From the NCBI GenBank assembly GCA_964466705.1, contig CAYXSM010000011.1:48193-112192 (forward strand): DNA of 64,000 nt. The letters are read 5' to 3'. The number at the start of each line of letters is the position of its first letter. Position 1 is the first letter of the stretch. Under the pieces are notes generated by a model. The model saw nothing but the letters and a program-made list of their open reading frames with translations. It did not search any database and was not told where the DNA came from. The position numbers were made by a program, and so were the translations under genes. This DNA comes from an uncultured Rikenellaceae bacterium (GTDB lineage Bacteria; Bacteroidota; Bacteroidia; Bacteroidales; VadinHA17). Of this stretch, positions 1-10,671 are shown piece by piece.

Positions 1-490
1 TTGCATCAACCTGACCCCCGTCTTTTTTGACTCTTAATTCAAATTCTTCCGGGTTTTTGTTATTAAACTGATCCTTGAACAATGGTTCTGCCATTTTTGT
101 CCCGAGGCCTGGAGTCTCCTTATGCTCCAGCACGGTTATGTTGATTATTGTACCATCGGGACTGAAACCTGACATCAATATAATTTCACCGCTAAACCCC
201 TCCGTTGTATATGTGTTTACGGCGTAGCCGACGATAATGTCATTTTGTTTTGCCGGATAAATGTCCAGGCTGTCACCATTATCTGCAGGCAGCCTGAACA
301 TCTCATCGTTTGGATTGTTGGTAAATTCAGGAACAACCTGTTTTATTGCAGTGATCTTTTTGTTAAGGTTTGACAATGCAATGGGCTTTTTTGTCAGTTC
401 ATAAACAAAACCCAGGCATGTAGCTGAGACCATTGATATAAGTGTCAGTGCAAGGGCCATGTTTTTAAATGTCGATTCGGTCTTAGCCAT
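1..490 (-). CDS. rnfG: Rnf electron-transport complex subunit G (FMN-binding); its 3' end is cut by the window edge
   Basis: Absent from the ORF track because it runs off the window. Manual minus-strand translation from the ATG at 488-490 gives MAKTESTFKNMALALTLISMVSATCLGFVYELTKKPI...EGFSGEIILMSGFSPDGTIINITVLEHKETPGLGTK. This is an N-terminal anchor helix plus an RnfG/NqrC-type FMN_bind core. The start overlaps the rnfD stop, and the position fits rnfBCDG order. Confidence 0.8.
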   Translation of the reverse strand, partial: MAKTESTFKNMALALTLISMVSATCLGFVYELTKKPIALSNLNKKITAIKQVVPEFTNNPNDEMFRLPADNGDSLDIYPAKQNDIIVGYAVNTYTTEGFSGEIILMSGFSPDGTIINITVLEHKETPGLGTKMAEPLFKDQFNNKNPEEFELRVKKDGGQVDA

Positions 491-1484
491 TTTTTACCTC
501 CTCCCCGAACCTTCTGGGTTTTATATATGTATTCATTAGTGGTACAAAAGCATTCATAATAAGGATTGCGAAAGAGACCCCTTCGGGGTAAGCACCAAAG
601 ACCCGGATAAGCGCCGTAATGATCCCAATGCCACACCCGTAAATGATCATGGCTTTGGGTACCATGGGTGATGTAACATAATCTGTCGCCATGTAAATTG
701 CTCCCAGGAGAACCCCTCCGGTAAGGATATGGAACATAGGATCAGCGTTTTTTTCAGGATTTATGAGCCAGAGTATTGTGGTAAATAAAGCAATGCTTCC
801 TATTACAGAGATTGGTATATGCCACGATATTACTTTCTTAATAAGCAGATAGATAAAACCCGCAATAAGAGCGGCTGCTGCCACCTCGCCCATCGAGCCG
901 CCCATATTTCCAAGGAACATCTGAGCCGGAGTGGGCATCTCTTTTAACAACTGAGAAACAGGTTCTCCGTTTTTTATTCCTTCCTTAATCAATGCAAGTG
1001 GTGTTGCACCTGTCACTGCATCAGTATATCCTGTCTTAAGTCCGGATGGTACAGGCCACGTTGTCATCTCAACAGGGAATGAAATAAGCATAAATACCCT
1101 TCCGACAAGAGCCGGGTTGAAAGGATTGTTACCAAGACCGCCAAATGTCATCTTGGCTATGCCAATTGCGACAAAACTGCCTATAATAACAAGGTGAACC
1201 GGAATGTTGGAGGGCAGGTTAAACGCAAGAAGAAGACCGGTGACTACTGCGGATCCGTCATCTATTGAAACAGGTTTGTTAAGTATAAACCTCTGGATCA
1301 GGTATTCAAAAACAATGCACGAAGCAACTGCAACTGCAGTTACAATCAGGGCTCCCATGCCGAAATAGAAGACAGATGTGAACAGTGCGGGCAACAGTGC
1401 AATAACCACATTGTACATCAGCTTTTTTGTTGTCTCCCTGCTGTAAGTATGAGGCGACGGTGATACATTTAGAATAGTACTCAT
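483..1484 (-). CDS. rnfD: Rnf complex subunit D (NqrB/RnfD family, polytopic membrane protein)
   Basis: 333 aa and highly hydrophobic. Carries the flavinylation-type motif VTGATPL. Lies between rnfC and rnfG. Confidence 0.9.
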   Translation of the reverse strand: MSTILNVSPSPHTYSRETTKKLMYNVVIALLPALFTSVFYFGMGALIVTAVAVASCIVFEYLIQRFILNKPVSIDDGSAVVTGLLLAFNLPSNIPVHLVIIGSFVAIGIAKMTFGGLGNNPFNPALVGRVFMLISFPVEMTTWPVPSGLKTGYTDAVTGATPLALIKEGIKNGEPVSQLLKEMPTPAQMFLGNMGGSMGEVAAAALIAGFIYLLIKKVISWHIPISVIGSIALFTTILWLINPEKNADPMFHILTGGVLLGAIYMATDYVTSPMVPKAMIIYGCGIGIITALIRVFGAYPEGVSFAILIMNAFVPLMNTYIKPRRFGEEVKNG

Positions 1485-1502
1485 ATAACAATAATAATGC
1501 TT

Positions 1503-2837
1503 TTATTTCAGGTTCTTTTCACGGGAAAGTCTGGTTACCGTTGACTTGCCAAGTCTTATGTAGTCGAGCAGAGGCCTGTATGCAGGACAGGTGTAGCTGC
1601 AGGATCCGCATTCCATACAGTCCGTTATCCTTTCCTTTTCCGCTCTTTCAAAAAGTCCTTTCAGCGACAGAGTCATTAACAGATACGGCTCAAGTCCCAG
1701 AGGACACACTGTAACACATTTTGCGCATCTGATGCAGGGTTTGACTTCTTTCCGGGATGACTCGGACATGGGAATAAGTATCACTCCCGACATTCCTTTA
1801 ACAACAGGTACATCAGTGTTATATACAGCTTTTCCCATCATCGGGCCTCCGTTTATAATCTTTCCGGTATCTTCGGGCATTCCTCCTGCTGCTTCTATGA
1901 GCCTTATAATGGGTGTTCCTGTCCTGACTACAAAATTACCGGGTCGGGGAAGAGATTTTCCTGCTATGGTTACGACTCTTTCAAACAGCGGCTTGTTCTT
2001 CTGTACGGCCTCATAAACTGCGAGAGCAGTTCCTATATTATGCACAACAACCCCCACATCAATTGGAAGGTGCCCTGATGGTACTTCCCTTCCTGTAAGA
2101 GCTTTGATAAGCTGTTTTTCAGCTCCCTGGGGGTATTTTACCTTTAGCGGATGAACGGTGATCCCCTTAAATCCGGATGAGAGTTCTTTCAGATGTAATA
2201 TAGCATCAGGCTTGTTGTTTTCTATGCCAACCAGTGCCCTGTCAGTTCCAAGGGCTTTCATGAGAATAGTTGCTCCTATCAGGACTTCTTCGCCTCGTTC
2301 AAGCATCAACCTGTGATCGGAGGTTAGCCATGGTTCACATTCCACTCCGTTTATGATCAGCAGGCTGCATTTTTTTCCGGAAGGTACAGATAGTTTTACA
2401 TGTGATGGGAAAGTTGCCCCTCCCAGGCCTACGATCCCTGCTTCCTGGCATTTTCTGATAATCTCTTCCCGTGAAATTGTTATATCACGTATTATATCAG
2501 CGCTTCTGTCGATGGTATCAACCCAGTCATCACCTTCAGTGTCAATAAACAGAGCCGGCTGCCTGAAACCTGTACCGTCAATAACATGGTCCAGCTTGTT
2601 CACGGTACCTGAAACTGAAGAATGAATATTCGATGAGACATAGCCTTTTCCGGCAGCAATAAGCTGGCCTGTTTTTACTTTATCTCCCTTAGCCACCAAA
2701 GGCGTTGCAGGAGCTCCGATATGCTGTGAAACAGGGATAGTAACTGACGGAGGGACCGGCAGGTACTCAATAGGATTACCAGCAGTTAATTTATTTTCTG
2801 CAGGATGTACACCACCGGCGGGAAATGATTTCAGCAC
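1503..2837 (-). CDS. rnfC: Rnf complex subunit C (NADH-binding, 2x[4Fe-4S])
   Basis: 444 aa. Has GLGGATFPSHVK, the RnfC nucleotide-binding region, and two ferredoxin motifs, CIRCAKCVTVCP and CMECGSCSYTCP. Confidence 0.9.
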   Translation of the reverse strand: MLKSFPAGGVHPAENKLTAGNPIEYLPVPPSVTIPVSQHIGAPATPLVAKGDKVKTGQLIAAGKGYVSSNIHSSVSGTVNKLDHVIDGTGFRQPALFIDTEGDDWVDTIDRSADIIRDITISREEIIRKCQEAGIVGLGGATFPSHVKLSVPSGKKCSLLIINGVECEPWLTSDHRLMLERGEEVLIGATILMKALGTDRALVGIENNKPDAILHLKELSSGFKGITVHPLKVKYPQGAEKQLIKALTGREVPSGHLPIDVGVVVHNIGTALAVYEAVQKNKPLFERVVTIAGKSLPRPGNFVVRTGTPIIRLIEAAGGMPEDTGKIINGGPMMGKAVYNTDVPVVKGMSGVILIPMSESSRKEVKPCIRCAKCVTVCPLGLEPYLLMTLSLKGLFERAEKERITDCMECGSCSYTCPAYRPLLDYIRLGKSTVTRLSREKNLK

Positions 2838-2864
2838 AACTTGATTTTTTAAGTTTCTAATTGA

Positions 2865-3728
2865 TCAGCTATTAATACTTTCTGCAGTTGCTTCAACCTT
2901 TGGTTTTCTGGGCGGAAAATTTATTTCCAGAATTGCATTGGTAGGGCATTCTGTTACACATTTTCTGCAGAATGTGCACTTGAAGGCGTCGATGACGGCT
3001 AAATTATTCTCAATAGTTATGGCATCAAATGCACAAACCTTCTGACATTTACCGCAACCAATACATGCAACCTTGCAGGCTCTTCTGGCAGGACCGCCTT
3101 TATCACGGTTTGAACATGCAACATATATTTTTCTGTCCTTTTTTGCTTTTTTGCGCAGCTCGAACAGGTTTCTGGGGCAGGCTTTAACGCAGGCGCCACA
3201 TGATACACATTTATCATCAGTGGTAACTGGCAGTCCGCTGACCGGATCCATATGAAGGGCGTCGAAATTACATGCCCTTACGCAATCTCCTTTGCCAAGG
3301 CATCCGTAACTGCAATCCGATTCACCTATATAAAGATTATGAAGAATCCGGCAGTCTGCCGAACCGTCATAGACAGATGTCCTGTGACGGAATTCAGGGC
3401 TGCCGTTGCATAACAGCACGGCAACAGTTGGCTCAACTGCAGGTGATTCTTTTCCGAGCAGCCTGGCTGCCTCTTCCATCACTGAGGCACCCCCTACAGG
3501 GCAAACCAATCCTTCAAAGGAGTCGGCCTCCACAAGTGCCTCGGCAAAGTTACGGCATCCGGCAAATCCGCATGCGCCGCAGTTGGCAGCCGGGAGAACA
3601 GCCTGTACCTCATCAATTCGGGGATCTTCATAAACCTTGAACTTCTGTGCAACAAAATAAAGAATAACAGCTGCGGTAAGCGCAATGGCACTAAGACTTA
3701 TGATTGTAATAAGGACAGTGGGACTCAT
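2865..3728 (-). CDS. rnfB: Rnf complex subunit B (polyferredoxin with N-terminal anchor)
   Basis: 287 aa. N-terminal TM helix, a CGACGFAGC motif, and several CxxCxxCxxxCP clusters ([35 protein letters not shown]). Confidence 0.9.
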   Translation of the reverse strand: MSPTVLITIISLSAIALTAAVILYFVAQKFKVYEDPRIDEVQAVLPAANCGACGFAGCRNFAEALVEADSFEGLVCPVGGASVMEEAARLLGKESPAVEPTVAVLLCNGSPEFRHRTSVYDGSADCRILHNLYIGESDCSYGCLGKGDCVRACNFDALHMDPVSGLPVTTDDKCVSCGACVKACPRNLFELRKKAKKDRKIYVACSNRDKGGPARRACKVACIGCGKCQKVCAFDAITIENNLAVIDAFKCTFCRKCVTECPTNAILEINFPPRKPKVEATAESINS

Positions 3729-3731
3729 CAG

Positions 3732-4184
3732 CTATGTTTTAATCGTAAAGGTAAAATTTTGATTGATCTGGTCTTTGAAAAAACAGAGTATAAGATAATA
3801 AGGAACAAGAACAGCAACCGATGCCAATCCTGCGACCAGTTCTGATACAGAAAGCGAAACAAGGATAACCAGACAGCTCACAAGAACAAGAAATGGAATC
3901 ACGTAGCCTAACATGACGGCCTTTAATCCCTGTGACTGTTTCATAATAATTGTCACATCATCACCGGTTTTCAGATCAAATTTACCACCGATGGTAATAA
4001 ACTTTTCCTTTTTTCCCGACAGGCTGCATACGCTTTCAGCATGGCAACCTGAGCATGCCGGAGAAGCAATGATCTTCACAACGATCGAATTGCTGTCAAC
4101 ATCCTGCACTTTTCCGTCATGTTCAATTATTCCGGAAACCCCTTCTCTTCTCATATATTTTTCCTGGCAGATTGCAGCACGCAA
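3732..4184 (-). CDS. RseC/MucC-family (SoxR-reducing system) small membrane protein; the start may be the internal Met at 4154
   Basis: CSGCHAESVC motif followed by two C-terminal hydrophobic helices. Sits directly upstream of rnfB, as is typical for Bacteroidota rnf operons. Confidence 0.7.
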   Translation of the reverse strand: MRAAICQEKYMRREGVSGIIEHDGKVQDVDSNSIVVKIIASPACSGCHAESVCSLSGKKEKFITIGGKFDLKTGDDVTIIMKQSQGLKAVMLGYVIPFLVLVSCLVILVSLSVSELVAGLASVAVLVPYYLILCFFKDQINQNFTFTIKT

Positions 4185-4271
4185 ATTTAAAATTCCTGCA
4201 AAAAAAGAGAGTGCTTTTTGTCAGAATTTGGATCAGCCCGGTTTATTTATAATTATTCTATTTAATGTATT

Positions 4272-6377
4272 TTAACTTATATTGCTCCATGATTGCTTAA
4301 GGCTGAACAACCTGTTTAACTCCGACCTAAGTATCTGGTTCCGGCTCTGTTGGAGAAGAGGGTCATTCGACAGAATATCGTCCGCAATATTTCTGACATA
4401 CTCAATAAGCTGGCCATCTTTGGCAAGGCTTGCAATTTTCAGATCAAAAGGGATTCCGCTTTGCAGAGTGCCTTCAATGTCACCGGGCCCCCGAAGCTGG
4501 AGATCTGTTTCCGCTATTTCGAATCCGTCATTTGTCCGGGTGAATACCTCAATCCTTCTGGCTGCCTCTTTTGACATTTTTCCGGAGGTCATAAGTATAC
4601 AATATGACTGATCGGCTCCTCTTCCTACCCTTCCACGAAGCTGATGAAGCTGGGACAATCCAAATCTCTCGGCGCTTTCGATTATCATTATTGTCGCATT
4701 CGGGATATCTACCCCTACTTCAATAACCGTTGTTGCTACCAGTATCTGGGCATGCCCATCTTTGAAGAGGCGCATTGATGCCTCCTTTTCGGCAGAGACC
4801 ATCCGGCCGTGAACAACACTTACGCAGTACTTCGGTGCCGGGAATACCCTTGTTATTGTATCCCATCCGTCTTCAAGGTCCTTATAGTCCATTTTTTCCG
4901 ACTCCCTGATCAGTGGATAAACGATAAAGACCTGCCGTCCTGCAGCAATCTGGCCTCTGAGAAAACCGTATACCTTGTTTCGCTCTTCGTCTGTAAAATG
5001 CATGGTTTTTACAGGGATCCGGCCTGGCGGAAGTTCATTTATCACTGAAACATCTAGATCTCCGTATAATGTCATTGCAAGTGTTCTTGGTATGGGAGTT
5101 GCTGTCATTACGAGAACATGCGGAGGATTGAGATTTTTCTCCCAGAGTTTTGCTCTTTGGGCAACTCCAAATCTGTGTTGTTCGTCAATTATTACAAGTC
5201 CCAGATTCCTGAATTGTACGTTTTCTTCAATCAAAGCATGGGTGCCGATCAATATTTTGAGGCTGCCCTCAGCCAATGATTCTTCAATCTCTCTTCTGGC
5301 TTTTTTTCTTGATGATCCCGTCAGAAGGCTGACTTTTACATCAATTCCCTCGAGCAATCTGATGATTGTATTGTAATGCTGATTAGCCAGAATTTCAGTT
5401 GGAGCCATCAGACACGATTGGTAACCATTATCTGTTGCAATAAGCATGCTCATGAGTGCAACGAGGGTTTTCCCGCTGCCGACATCGCCCTGGAGGAGCC
5501 TGTTCATCTGTTTTCCGGATCCCAGATCGCGGCGGATCTCCCTTATTACTTTCTTCTGGGCTTCAGTAAGAGAAAAGGGCAAATTGTTGTAATAAAAACT
5601 GTTAAAAATGGTTCCGACATTTGAGAATATGAACCCTTTATTTTTCCTGCTGCGGATTGATTTGAACCTTAACAGATTAAGCTGTATATAGAACAGTTCT
5701 TCAAACCTGAAGCGAAATCTTGACTTTTCCATCTCGTCGGGATTTGCAGGAAAGTGTATTTTGTGGAATGCATCATGCAAATCCATGAGATGGTACTTTG
5801 AAATTAAATAGGACGGAAGTGTTTCAGGTATCCTGAATTTGATCTGCTTGAGAAGATTACCCGTCAGTTTGCTGATCGTTTTCGATGTAATAAACTGGTT
5901 TTTAAGCTTCTCGGTGATACTATACTGGGCCTGGAGAGCTGAAGAGAGCCTTTCTGATACCTTCCCCGCTGATTCAATCTCTGGATGGATAATATTAATC
6001 ATACTATTGAAAACGCCAGGCCTGCCGAAAATTATATACTCCGCTCCCGGAGGGTAACTACTTACTATCCATCTGGTTCCCTTAAACCAGACAAGCTTTA
6101 TGTATCCTGTCTCATCGCGGAAATCTGCAACAAGTCTTTTGCTTTGCCCGAACCCTTCAGTGGAGTAACCGGTTATCTGTCCTCTCACCTGAACGTAGGG
6201 AAGGTCCGGGTCCAGTTCGGCAATTTTGTAAAACCGGGTTCTGTCAACATATTTGAATGGAAAATTGTAAAGAAGATCACGGTATGTGAAAATATTCAGC
6301 TCCCTGTTCAGCAACTCCGCCCTTTTGGGTCCGACACCCGGCAGATATGTGATATTTGTGTCTAAAAAATCCTGCAT
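4272..6377 (-). CDS. recG: ATP-dependent DNA helicase RecG
   Basis: 701 aa. N-terminal wedge/OB region, Walker A GDVGSGKT, DEQH box IIDEQHRFG, and motif VI QLHQLRGRVGRG. Confidence 0.9.
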   Translation of the reverse strand: MQDFLDTNITYLPGVGPKRAELLNRELNIFTYRDLLYNFPFKYVDRTRFYKIAELDPDLPYVQVRGQITGYSTEGFGQSKRLVADFRDETGYIKLVWFKGTRWIVSSYPPGAEYIIFGRPGVFNSMINIIHPEIESAGKVSERLSSALQAQYSITEKLKNQFITSKTISKLTGNLLKQIKFRIPETLPSYLISKYHLMDLHDAFHKIHFPANPDEMEKSRFRFRFEELFYIQLNLLRFKSIRSRKNKGFIFSNVGTIFNSFYYNNLPFSLTEAQKKVIREIRRDLGSGKQMNRLLQGDVGSGKTLVALMSMLIATDNGYQSCLMAPTEILANQHYNTIIRLLEGIDVKVSLLTGSSRKKARREIEESLAEGSLKILIGTHALIEENVQFRNLGLVIIDEQHRFGVAQRAKLWEKNLNPPHVLVMTATPIPRTLAMTLYGDLDVSVINELPPGRIPVKTMHFTDEERNKVYGFLRGQIAAGRQVFIVYPLIRESEKMDYKDLEDGWDTITRVFPAPKYCVSVVHGRMVSAEKEASMRLFKDGHAQILVATTVIEVGVDIPNATIMIIESAERFGLSQLHQLRGRVGRGADQSYCILMTSGKMSKEAARRIEVFTRTNDGFEIAETDLQLRGPGDIEGTLQSGIPFDLKIASLAKDGQLIEYVRNIADDILSNDPLLQQSRNQILRSELNRLFSLKQSWSNIS

Positions 6378-6463
6378 CTGTAGGTCCTGACAACTACGTC
6401 TTAAAAGATTACCTAATTTAACTATTTTTGAGACTCCGGCTTAATATTTAAACATTTGGAGCC

Positions 6464-7255
6464 ATGATTACTTTTACATTCGTGAAATATCTGAAATACA
6501 TATTATTCTCGAGACACAAACGGGGGCATGGTATTCACAGCCCATTTGTCTTTGAATTTGTTTCCAGGGTCCTTGGGAATAAAACATGCCCGGAAGTTGT
6601 CAAAAGAATTAATGAAATGAGAAGAAATCTGATTTATGATAATCGTGTCATAAATGTTACGGATCTGGGTTCAGGTTCCGGCAAAATGAAACAAGGACTC
6701 AGGAAAGTATCAGAAATTGCAGGAACATCAGCAATTCCAGAGAAATACGGGAAGCTTTTATACTATATGTCAGAAGAATTCGGTAATCCAGGTGTTATTG
6801 AGCTGGGGACATCTCTTGGCATCAGTACAATGTATCTTGCAGCCCCTTTGCAAGGCGCAACAGTCTATAGCATTGAAGGATGTCCTGAAACTGCATCAGT
6901 TGCAGAAGCAAATTTCAGGAAGGCCGGGTTTGATAATATAAAGCTTCTTACCGGAACTTTCGATGAAATGATCCCTGCTGCTATTGCAAACCTCAATGTC
7001 AATCCCGGTCTTGTGTTTATAGATGGTGATCACAGGAAGGAACCGTTACTGAGATATTTCAACGCTTTAGCAGATATTTCGGATGATAAGAGTGTTATAG
7101 TTATTGATGACATATATCATTCAGAAGAAATGGCTGAAGCCTGGATCCTGATCAGAAATCATTACAGAGTTACTGTTTCAATCGATATATTCAGAATGGG
7201 AATTGTTTTTTTCAGGAAGGGTATGAACAAGGCCGGCTATGTGATACGCTATTAA
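6464..7255 (+). CDS. Class I SAM-dependent (O-)methyltransferase
   Basis: 263 aa. GVIELGTSLGISTMYLA is a SAM-binding motif I, and the FIDGDH acidic loop resembles Methyltransf_24/O-MT family 3. Confidence 0.65.
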   Translation: MITFTFVKYLKYILFSRHKRGHGIHSPFVFEFVSRVLGNKTCPEVVKRINEMRRNLIYDNRVINVTDLGSGSGKMKQGLRKVSEIAGTSAIPEKYGKLLYYMSEEFGNPGVIELGTSLGISTMYLAAPLQGATVYSIEGCPETASVAEANFRKAGFDNIKLLTGTFDEMIPAAIANLNVNPGLVFIDGDHRKEPLLRYFNALADISDDKSVIVIDDIYHSEEMAEAWILIRNHYRVTVSIDIFRMGIVFFRKGMNKAGYVIRY

Positions 7256-7327
7256 CAATAATTAATATTCAATATATTACTTTATTTGGTAAATTAATCT
7301 AATTTCGAAGCTCAAAAAGTTAAAAAC

Positions 7328-8038
7328 ATGGAGAAAGTTATTGAAATACACAATATTGTTAAAAATTATCAGATTGGTTCGGTTATAGTAAGAGCTTTGA
7401 GGTCTGTTTCGGTCAATATAAACAAGAACGAGTATGTGGCCATTATGGGTCCTTCAGGTTCAGGAAAGTCAACACTGATGAACCTTCTGGGATGCCTTGA
7501 CACACCTACCAGCGGATCATATATACTGAACGGAACTGATGTCAGTAAAATGGACGATGATTTTCTTGCGGAAATACGTAACAAGGAGATCGGGTTTGTA
7601 TTTCAGACATTTAATCTTTTACCCCGATATACAGCACTGGAGAATGTTACTCTGCCTTTGATCTATGCCGGGATGCCCAAGGCAGAAAGGGAAAAGAAAG
7701 CTGTTGAAACGCTGGAACATGTCGGGCTGGCAGACAGGATGACCCACAAACCCAATGAACTGTCGGGAGGTCAGAGACAACGAGTGGCAATAGCCAGGGC
7801 ACTGGTGAATAGTCCGTCAATTATTCTTGCTGATGAGCCTACCGGTAACCTCGACAGCAAAACCTCGCTCGACATTATGGGTTTGCTGGATGAGATACAC
7901 AGTCAGGGAAATACTGTTATTGTTGTAACACATGAAGAGGATATCGCAAACCATGCAGCCCGGATAATCAGACTTCTTGATGGTATTGTGCATCAGGATT
8001 TCCAGAATGCAAAATATAAAAAACTGGTTCACAATTGA
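7328..8038 (+). CDS. ABC transporter ATP-binding protein (MacB/LolD-type); no permease is adjacent
   Basis: Walker [10 protein letters not shown], signature LSGGQRQRV, Walker B ILADEPT, H-loop VTHE. Confidence 0.85.
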   Translation: MEKVIEIHNIVKNYQIGSVIVRALRSVSVNINKNEYVAIMGPSGSGKSTLMNLLGCLDTPTSGSYILNGTDVSKMDDDFLAEIRNKEIGFVFQTFNLLPRYTALENVTLPLIYAGMPKAEREKKAVETLEHVGLADRMTHKPNELSGGQRQRVAIARALVNSPSIILADEPTGNLDSKTSLDIMGLLDEIHSQGNTVIVVTHEEDIANHAARIIRLLDGIVHQDFQNAKYKKLVHN

Positions 8039-8215
8039 TTCTGCATGAGTTATTCTGTCGGGCATACTGTCAGTATAAGATAAATTCAAAGATTTCCCGG
8101 TACTGTTACCTGTATGCTGTTGATAATTACCCGGGTCGATAACACCTTTCCGGACCGGTGCTAAACCATTTCAAGGCAAACGCAAAGGAGTGTTTAACCA
8201 TTTATTGAATATACC

Positions 8216-8737
8216 ATGAAGATTTATACCAGAACAGGTGATGACGGGACAACATCGCTTCGGGGAGCTAAAAGAGTACCTAAATTTCATCAGCGTATTG
8301 AAGCATGTGGTACAGTTGATGAACTTATTTCATGGATCGGTTTGCTTAGAAGCCATAAAGAGCTGGATAAGATTGAGAAAGGGCTACAATACATTCAGGA
8401 GCAGCTCATGCTTTGTGCCGGAATACTGGCCAGTGATACTGATGCTTCAGTCATCGGCGACAATCAACTTGATGATGGAATAGTGACATTTATTGAGAAA
8501 GAAATTGACACACTTGAAAAGAATCTTCCGAGACCAGCCGGTTTTCTAATTCCGGGAAGCAGTATCGTTGAATCATACTGTCACATAACGCGGTGTGTAT
8601 GCCGACGGGCAGAAAGAGCTGTCGCAAAGCTTAACAGCATGGAAAAAATTCCATCAACTGTTCCTAAATTTCTCAACCGGCTGTCAGACTATTTTTTTGT
8701 ATTGTCAAGATTTGTCATTTTAAATGTTGATTTATAA
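8216..8737 (+). CDS. PduO-type ATP:cob(I)alamin adenosyltransferase
   Basis: N-terminus MKIYTRTGDDGTTSL is the hallmark of the PduO/MMAB family. At 173 aa the length also fits. Confidence 0.85.
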   Translation: MKIYTRTGDDGTTSLRGAKRVPKFHQRIEACGTVDELISWIGLLRSHKELDKIEKGLQYIQEQLMLCAGILASDTDASVIGDNQLDDGIVTFIEKEIDTLEKNLPRPAGFLIPGSSIVESYCHITRCVCRRAERAVAKLNSMEKIPSTVPKFLNRLSDYFFVLSRFVILNVDL

Positions 8738-8805
8738 CGTGTTATCATTCTGGTGTTGTGTTCTGGGAATATTTGAACGTATATTGTTTTTTACGTAAAT
8801 TAATA

Positions 8806-8813
8806 TATATTTG
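8806..8813 (+). promoter_or_regulatory. Bacteroidota -7 box candidate (TATATTTG) for the DUF2795 gene
   Basis: Exact TAnnTTTG match 36 nt upstream of the ATG at 8849. Confidence 0.3.
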
Positions 8814-8848
8814 CACACTTTGTTTAACTAAAAAAATCAGTCAGAAGG

Positions 8849-9070
8849 ATGTACTGGACACTTGAACTGGCATCAAAACTTGAAGATGCTCCATGGCCTG
8901 CAACAAAAGATGAACTGATTGACTATGCCATAAGGTCTGGCGCCCCTATGGAAGTTATAGAGAATTTACAGGAAATTGAGGATGAGGGAGATATTTATGA
9001 AAGTATTGAAGACATCTGGCCCGATTATCCCAGTAAAGATGATTTCTTCTTTAACGAAGACGAGTATTGA
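8849..9070 (+). CDS. DUF2795-like small acidic protein
   Basis: 73 aa. WPATKDELIDYAIRSGAP...VIENLQEI resembles the DUF2795 core. A TATATTTG box lies 36 nt upstream. Confidence 0.55.
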   Translation: MYWTLELASKLEDAPWPATKDELIDYAIRSGAPMEVIENLQEIEDEGDIYESIEDIWPDYPSKDDFFFNEDEY

Positions 9071-9072
9071 AT

Positions 9073-10671
9073 CTAAGGCTGACCCAACGGGTCAGCCACA
9101 ATTTTTTTAAATACATCCGTTTTATTCTTAGGTCTTATTTTATCGAACCACGAAAATCCTTCCAGTCTTAAATTTTCATCATTTTCCTCAGCCGGAGGAT
9201 CAATAACTCCTTCCGGATTCTGATACTCATAAATTTCCGTGATCTTGCCGTCGCTGACATAGATTTCAAGGTTGGCGCATTTGGCTTTATTTACGCCAAC
9301 TATTTCCTCATTGTCAAGAAGATAATAGATTGTCTCCCCGTTACCGGTAATACTGATTTTGTACAGCTCGTTATTGTTGAAATATCCTGTCAGATTCCTG
9401 CCTTTTACCTGGTTGAATCTGCTGGTGTCAACCTGACTTGTCACAAATGCAGAATTATATAATTCGATTCTGTCAGCTTTGCGATTTCTGGTAAAAAGTG
9501 CAATTGAGTCGGATGTAAGCTGATTTTCTTCAGACCATATTACGGGGGCAATATAGAGTCTTATTACCGAGTCCTGAAATGAGTATGACAATGAGTCACA
9601 TTTGGCCTGAATGTCCATGCTGAAAATACGGCAGCCGTAATATGCCCTCATGAGACGGTATCCAACACCGGCAGTATCAGCAATAGTTACTGCATTTATG
9701 GTATCTGCGTGAAGGTACAGAGAATCGTTGTCGGACACCTGAATGAACAATGCCCGGTCTGTTACCATAAAGCGTTCCGGTTCTTTATAGTACCAGGCGT
9801 AATTGCCTTTCACTATTATCCTGTTGGTTGTGTCAGTGATACTTGTATTACCGAATGACTGACCATAACTTTTTTGCCCGTCGTAATACAGCGAATCACC
9901 CTTTACTATTTGCTTCCGGTTATCGATAATGGAATTTTTCCAGATCCTTGATATGTCATTTTTTGTGTCGTACCAGCCCTTTTCACAATACAGGTAAAGG
10001 CTGTCACCTTCAAGCTCTGACGGACCCGTAAAGAATGCCGTTTCAGTTTCAGTGTTGTAATCCATTGTATCAGCAGTCATTATGTAATCAGGATTGATGA
10101 TCCTGACACTGTCTTTGAAATTAAAAAGGTTGTCTGATACATAATAGATACCAATTATGCTTGAAAGTGTGTTCTCCCCGTTTATTATTTTTCCTCCGGT
10201 GTTGTAAGTGGCAATTTTTTGTCGGACATTATATTCAGCTGCATCAGTAAATAAATGTGTCTCTCTGTTAATCAGTTCAACATTACCATTAACAAAAGCC
10301 ATTTCCGTTGATCCGTCATAATAAAGGCTGTCTCCATGCAGATCCAGAGTATCGCCCTGTTCCATATGTATTCTGCTGAAAGCTTTTATCTGATTCATCC
10401 CGGGATAGAAATGGGCACTGTCGCACTGTAACGTAATTTCGTTATGGATGAGAAATACGTCGCCAATAAGACGGGTGAGCCTCCTTCCGGTCAGTTTTTC
10501 GACCTCATCTATACCTTCAGCAGCCCTTTTAACCTCAATTCTTCTTTTTCCGGGTCTGTCAGGCAGAACATCCTGACCATACAATGGGGCCATCGTCATT
10601 AAGCAGAGGAAAAGCAGTAATAATTTGTTAAAGGAGATGTTCAACAATTCAAGGTGTGTGGAAATGATCAT
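9073..10671 (-). CDS. OstA/LptD-N-terminal-like periplasmic protein (repeated beta-jellyroll units)
   Basis: Signal peptide after the Met at 10671, which overlaps the upstream stop as ATGA. Recurring GDSLYYDG/GDSLYLY/NDSLYLH repeat units typical of OstA-like proteins. Confidence 0.6.
   Translation of the reverse strand: MIISTHLELLNISFNKLLLLFLCLMTMAPLYGQDVLPDRPGKRRIEVKRAAEGIDEVEKLTGRRLTRLIGDVFLIHNEITLQCDSAHFYPGMNQIKAFSRIHMEQGDTLDLHGDSLYYDGSTEMAFVNGNVELINRETHLFTDAAEYNVRQKIATYNTGGKIINGENTLSSIIGIYYVSDNLFNFKDSVRIINPDYIMTADTMDYNTETETAFFTGPSELEGDSLYLYCEKGWYDTKNDISRIWKNSIIDNRKQIVKGDSLYYDGQKSYGQSFGNTSITDTTNRIIVKGNYAWYYKEPERFMVTDRALFIQVSDNDSLYLHADTINAVTIADTAGVGYRLMRAYYGCRIFSMDIQAKCDSLSYSFQDSVIRLYIAPVIWSEENQLTSDSIALFTRNRKADRIELYNSAFVTSQVDTSRFNQVKGRNLTGYFNNNELYKISITGNGETIYYLLDNEEIVGVNKAKCANLEIYVSDGKITEIYEYQNPEGVIDPPAEENDENLRLEGFSWFDKIRPKNKTDVFKKIVADPLGQP

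Noticed and set aside
445-636. 63-aa ORF at the rnfD/rnfG junction
   Set aside because: It is an alternative frame over the well-supported rnfD 3' end and rnfG 5' end, so it is spurious.
7328-8038. Orphan ABC ATPase without a permease, considered as an anomaly
   Set aside because: Stand-alone MacB/LolD-type ATPase genes separated from their FtsX-like permeases are common in Bacteroidota, so this is not unusual.
8039-8215. Cobalamin riboswitch upstream of the PduO-type adenosyltransferase
   Set aside because: GGTGCTAAACC loosely resembles part of the B12-element core. The conserved CCCGCnACTGT/B12-box segments are not present in the right order on either strand. There is also no strong expectation that this gene is riboswitch-controlled.
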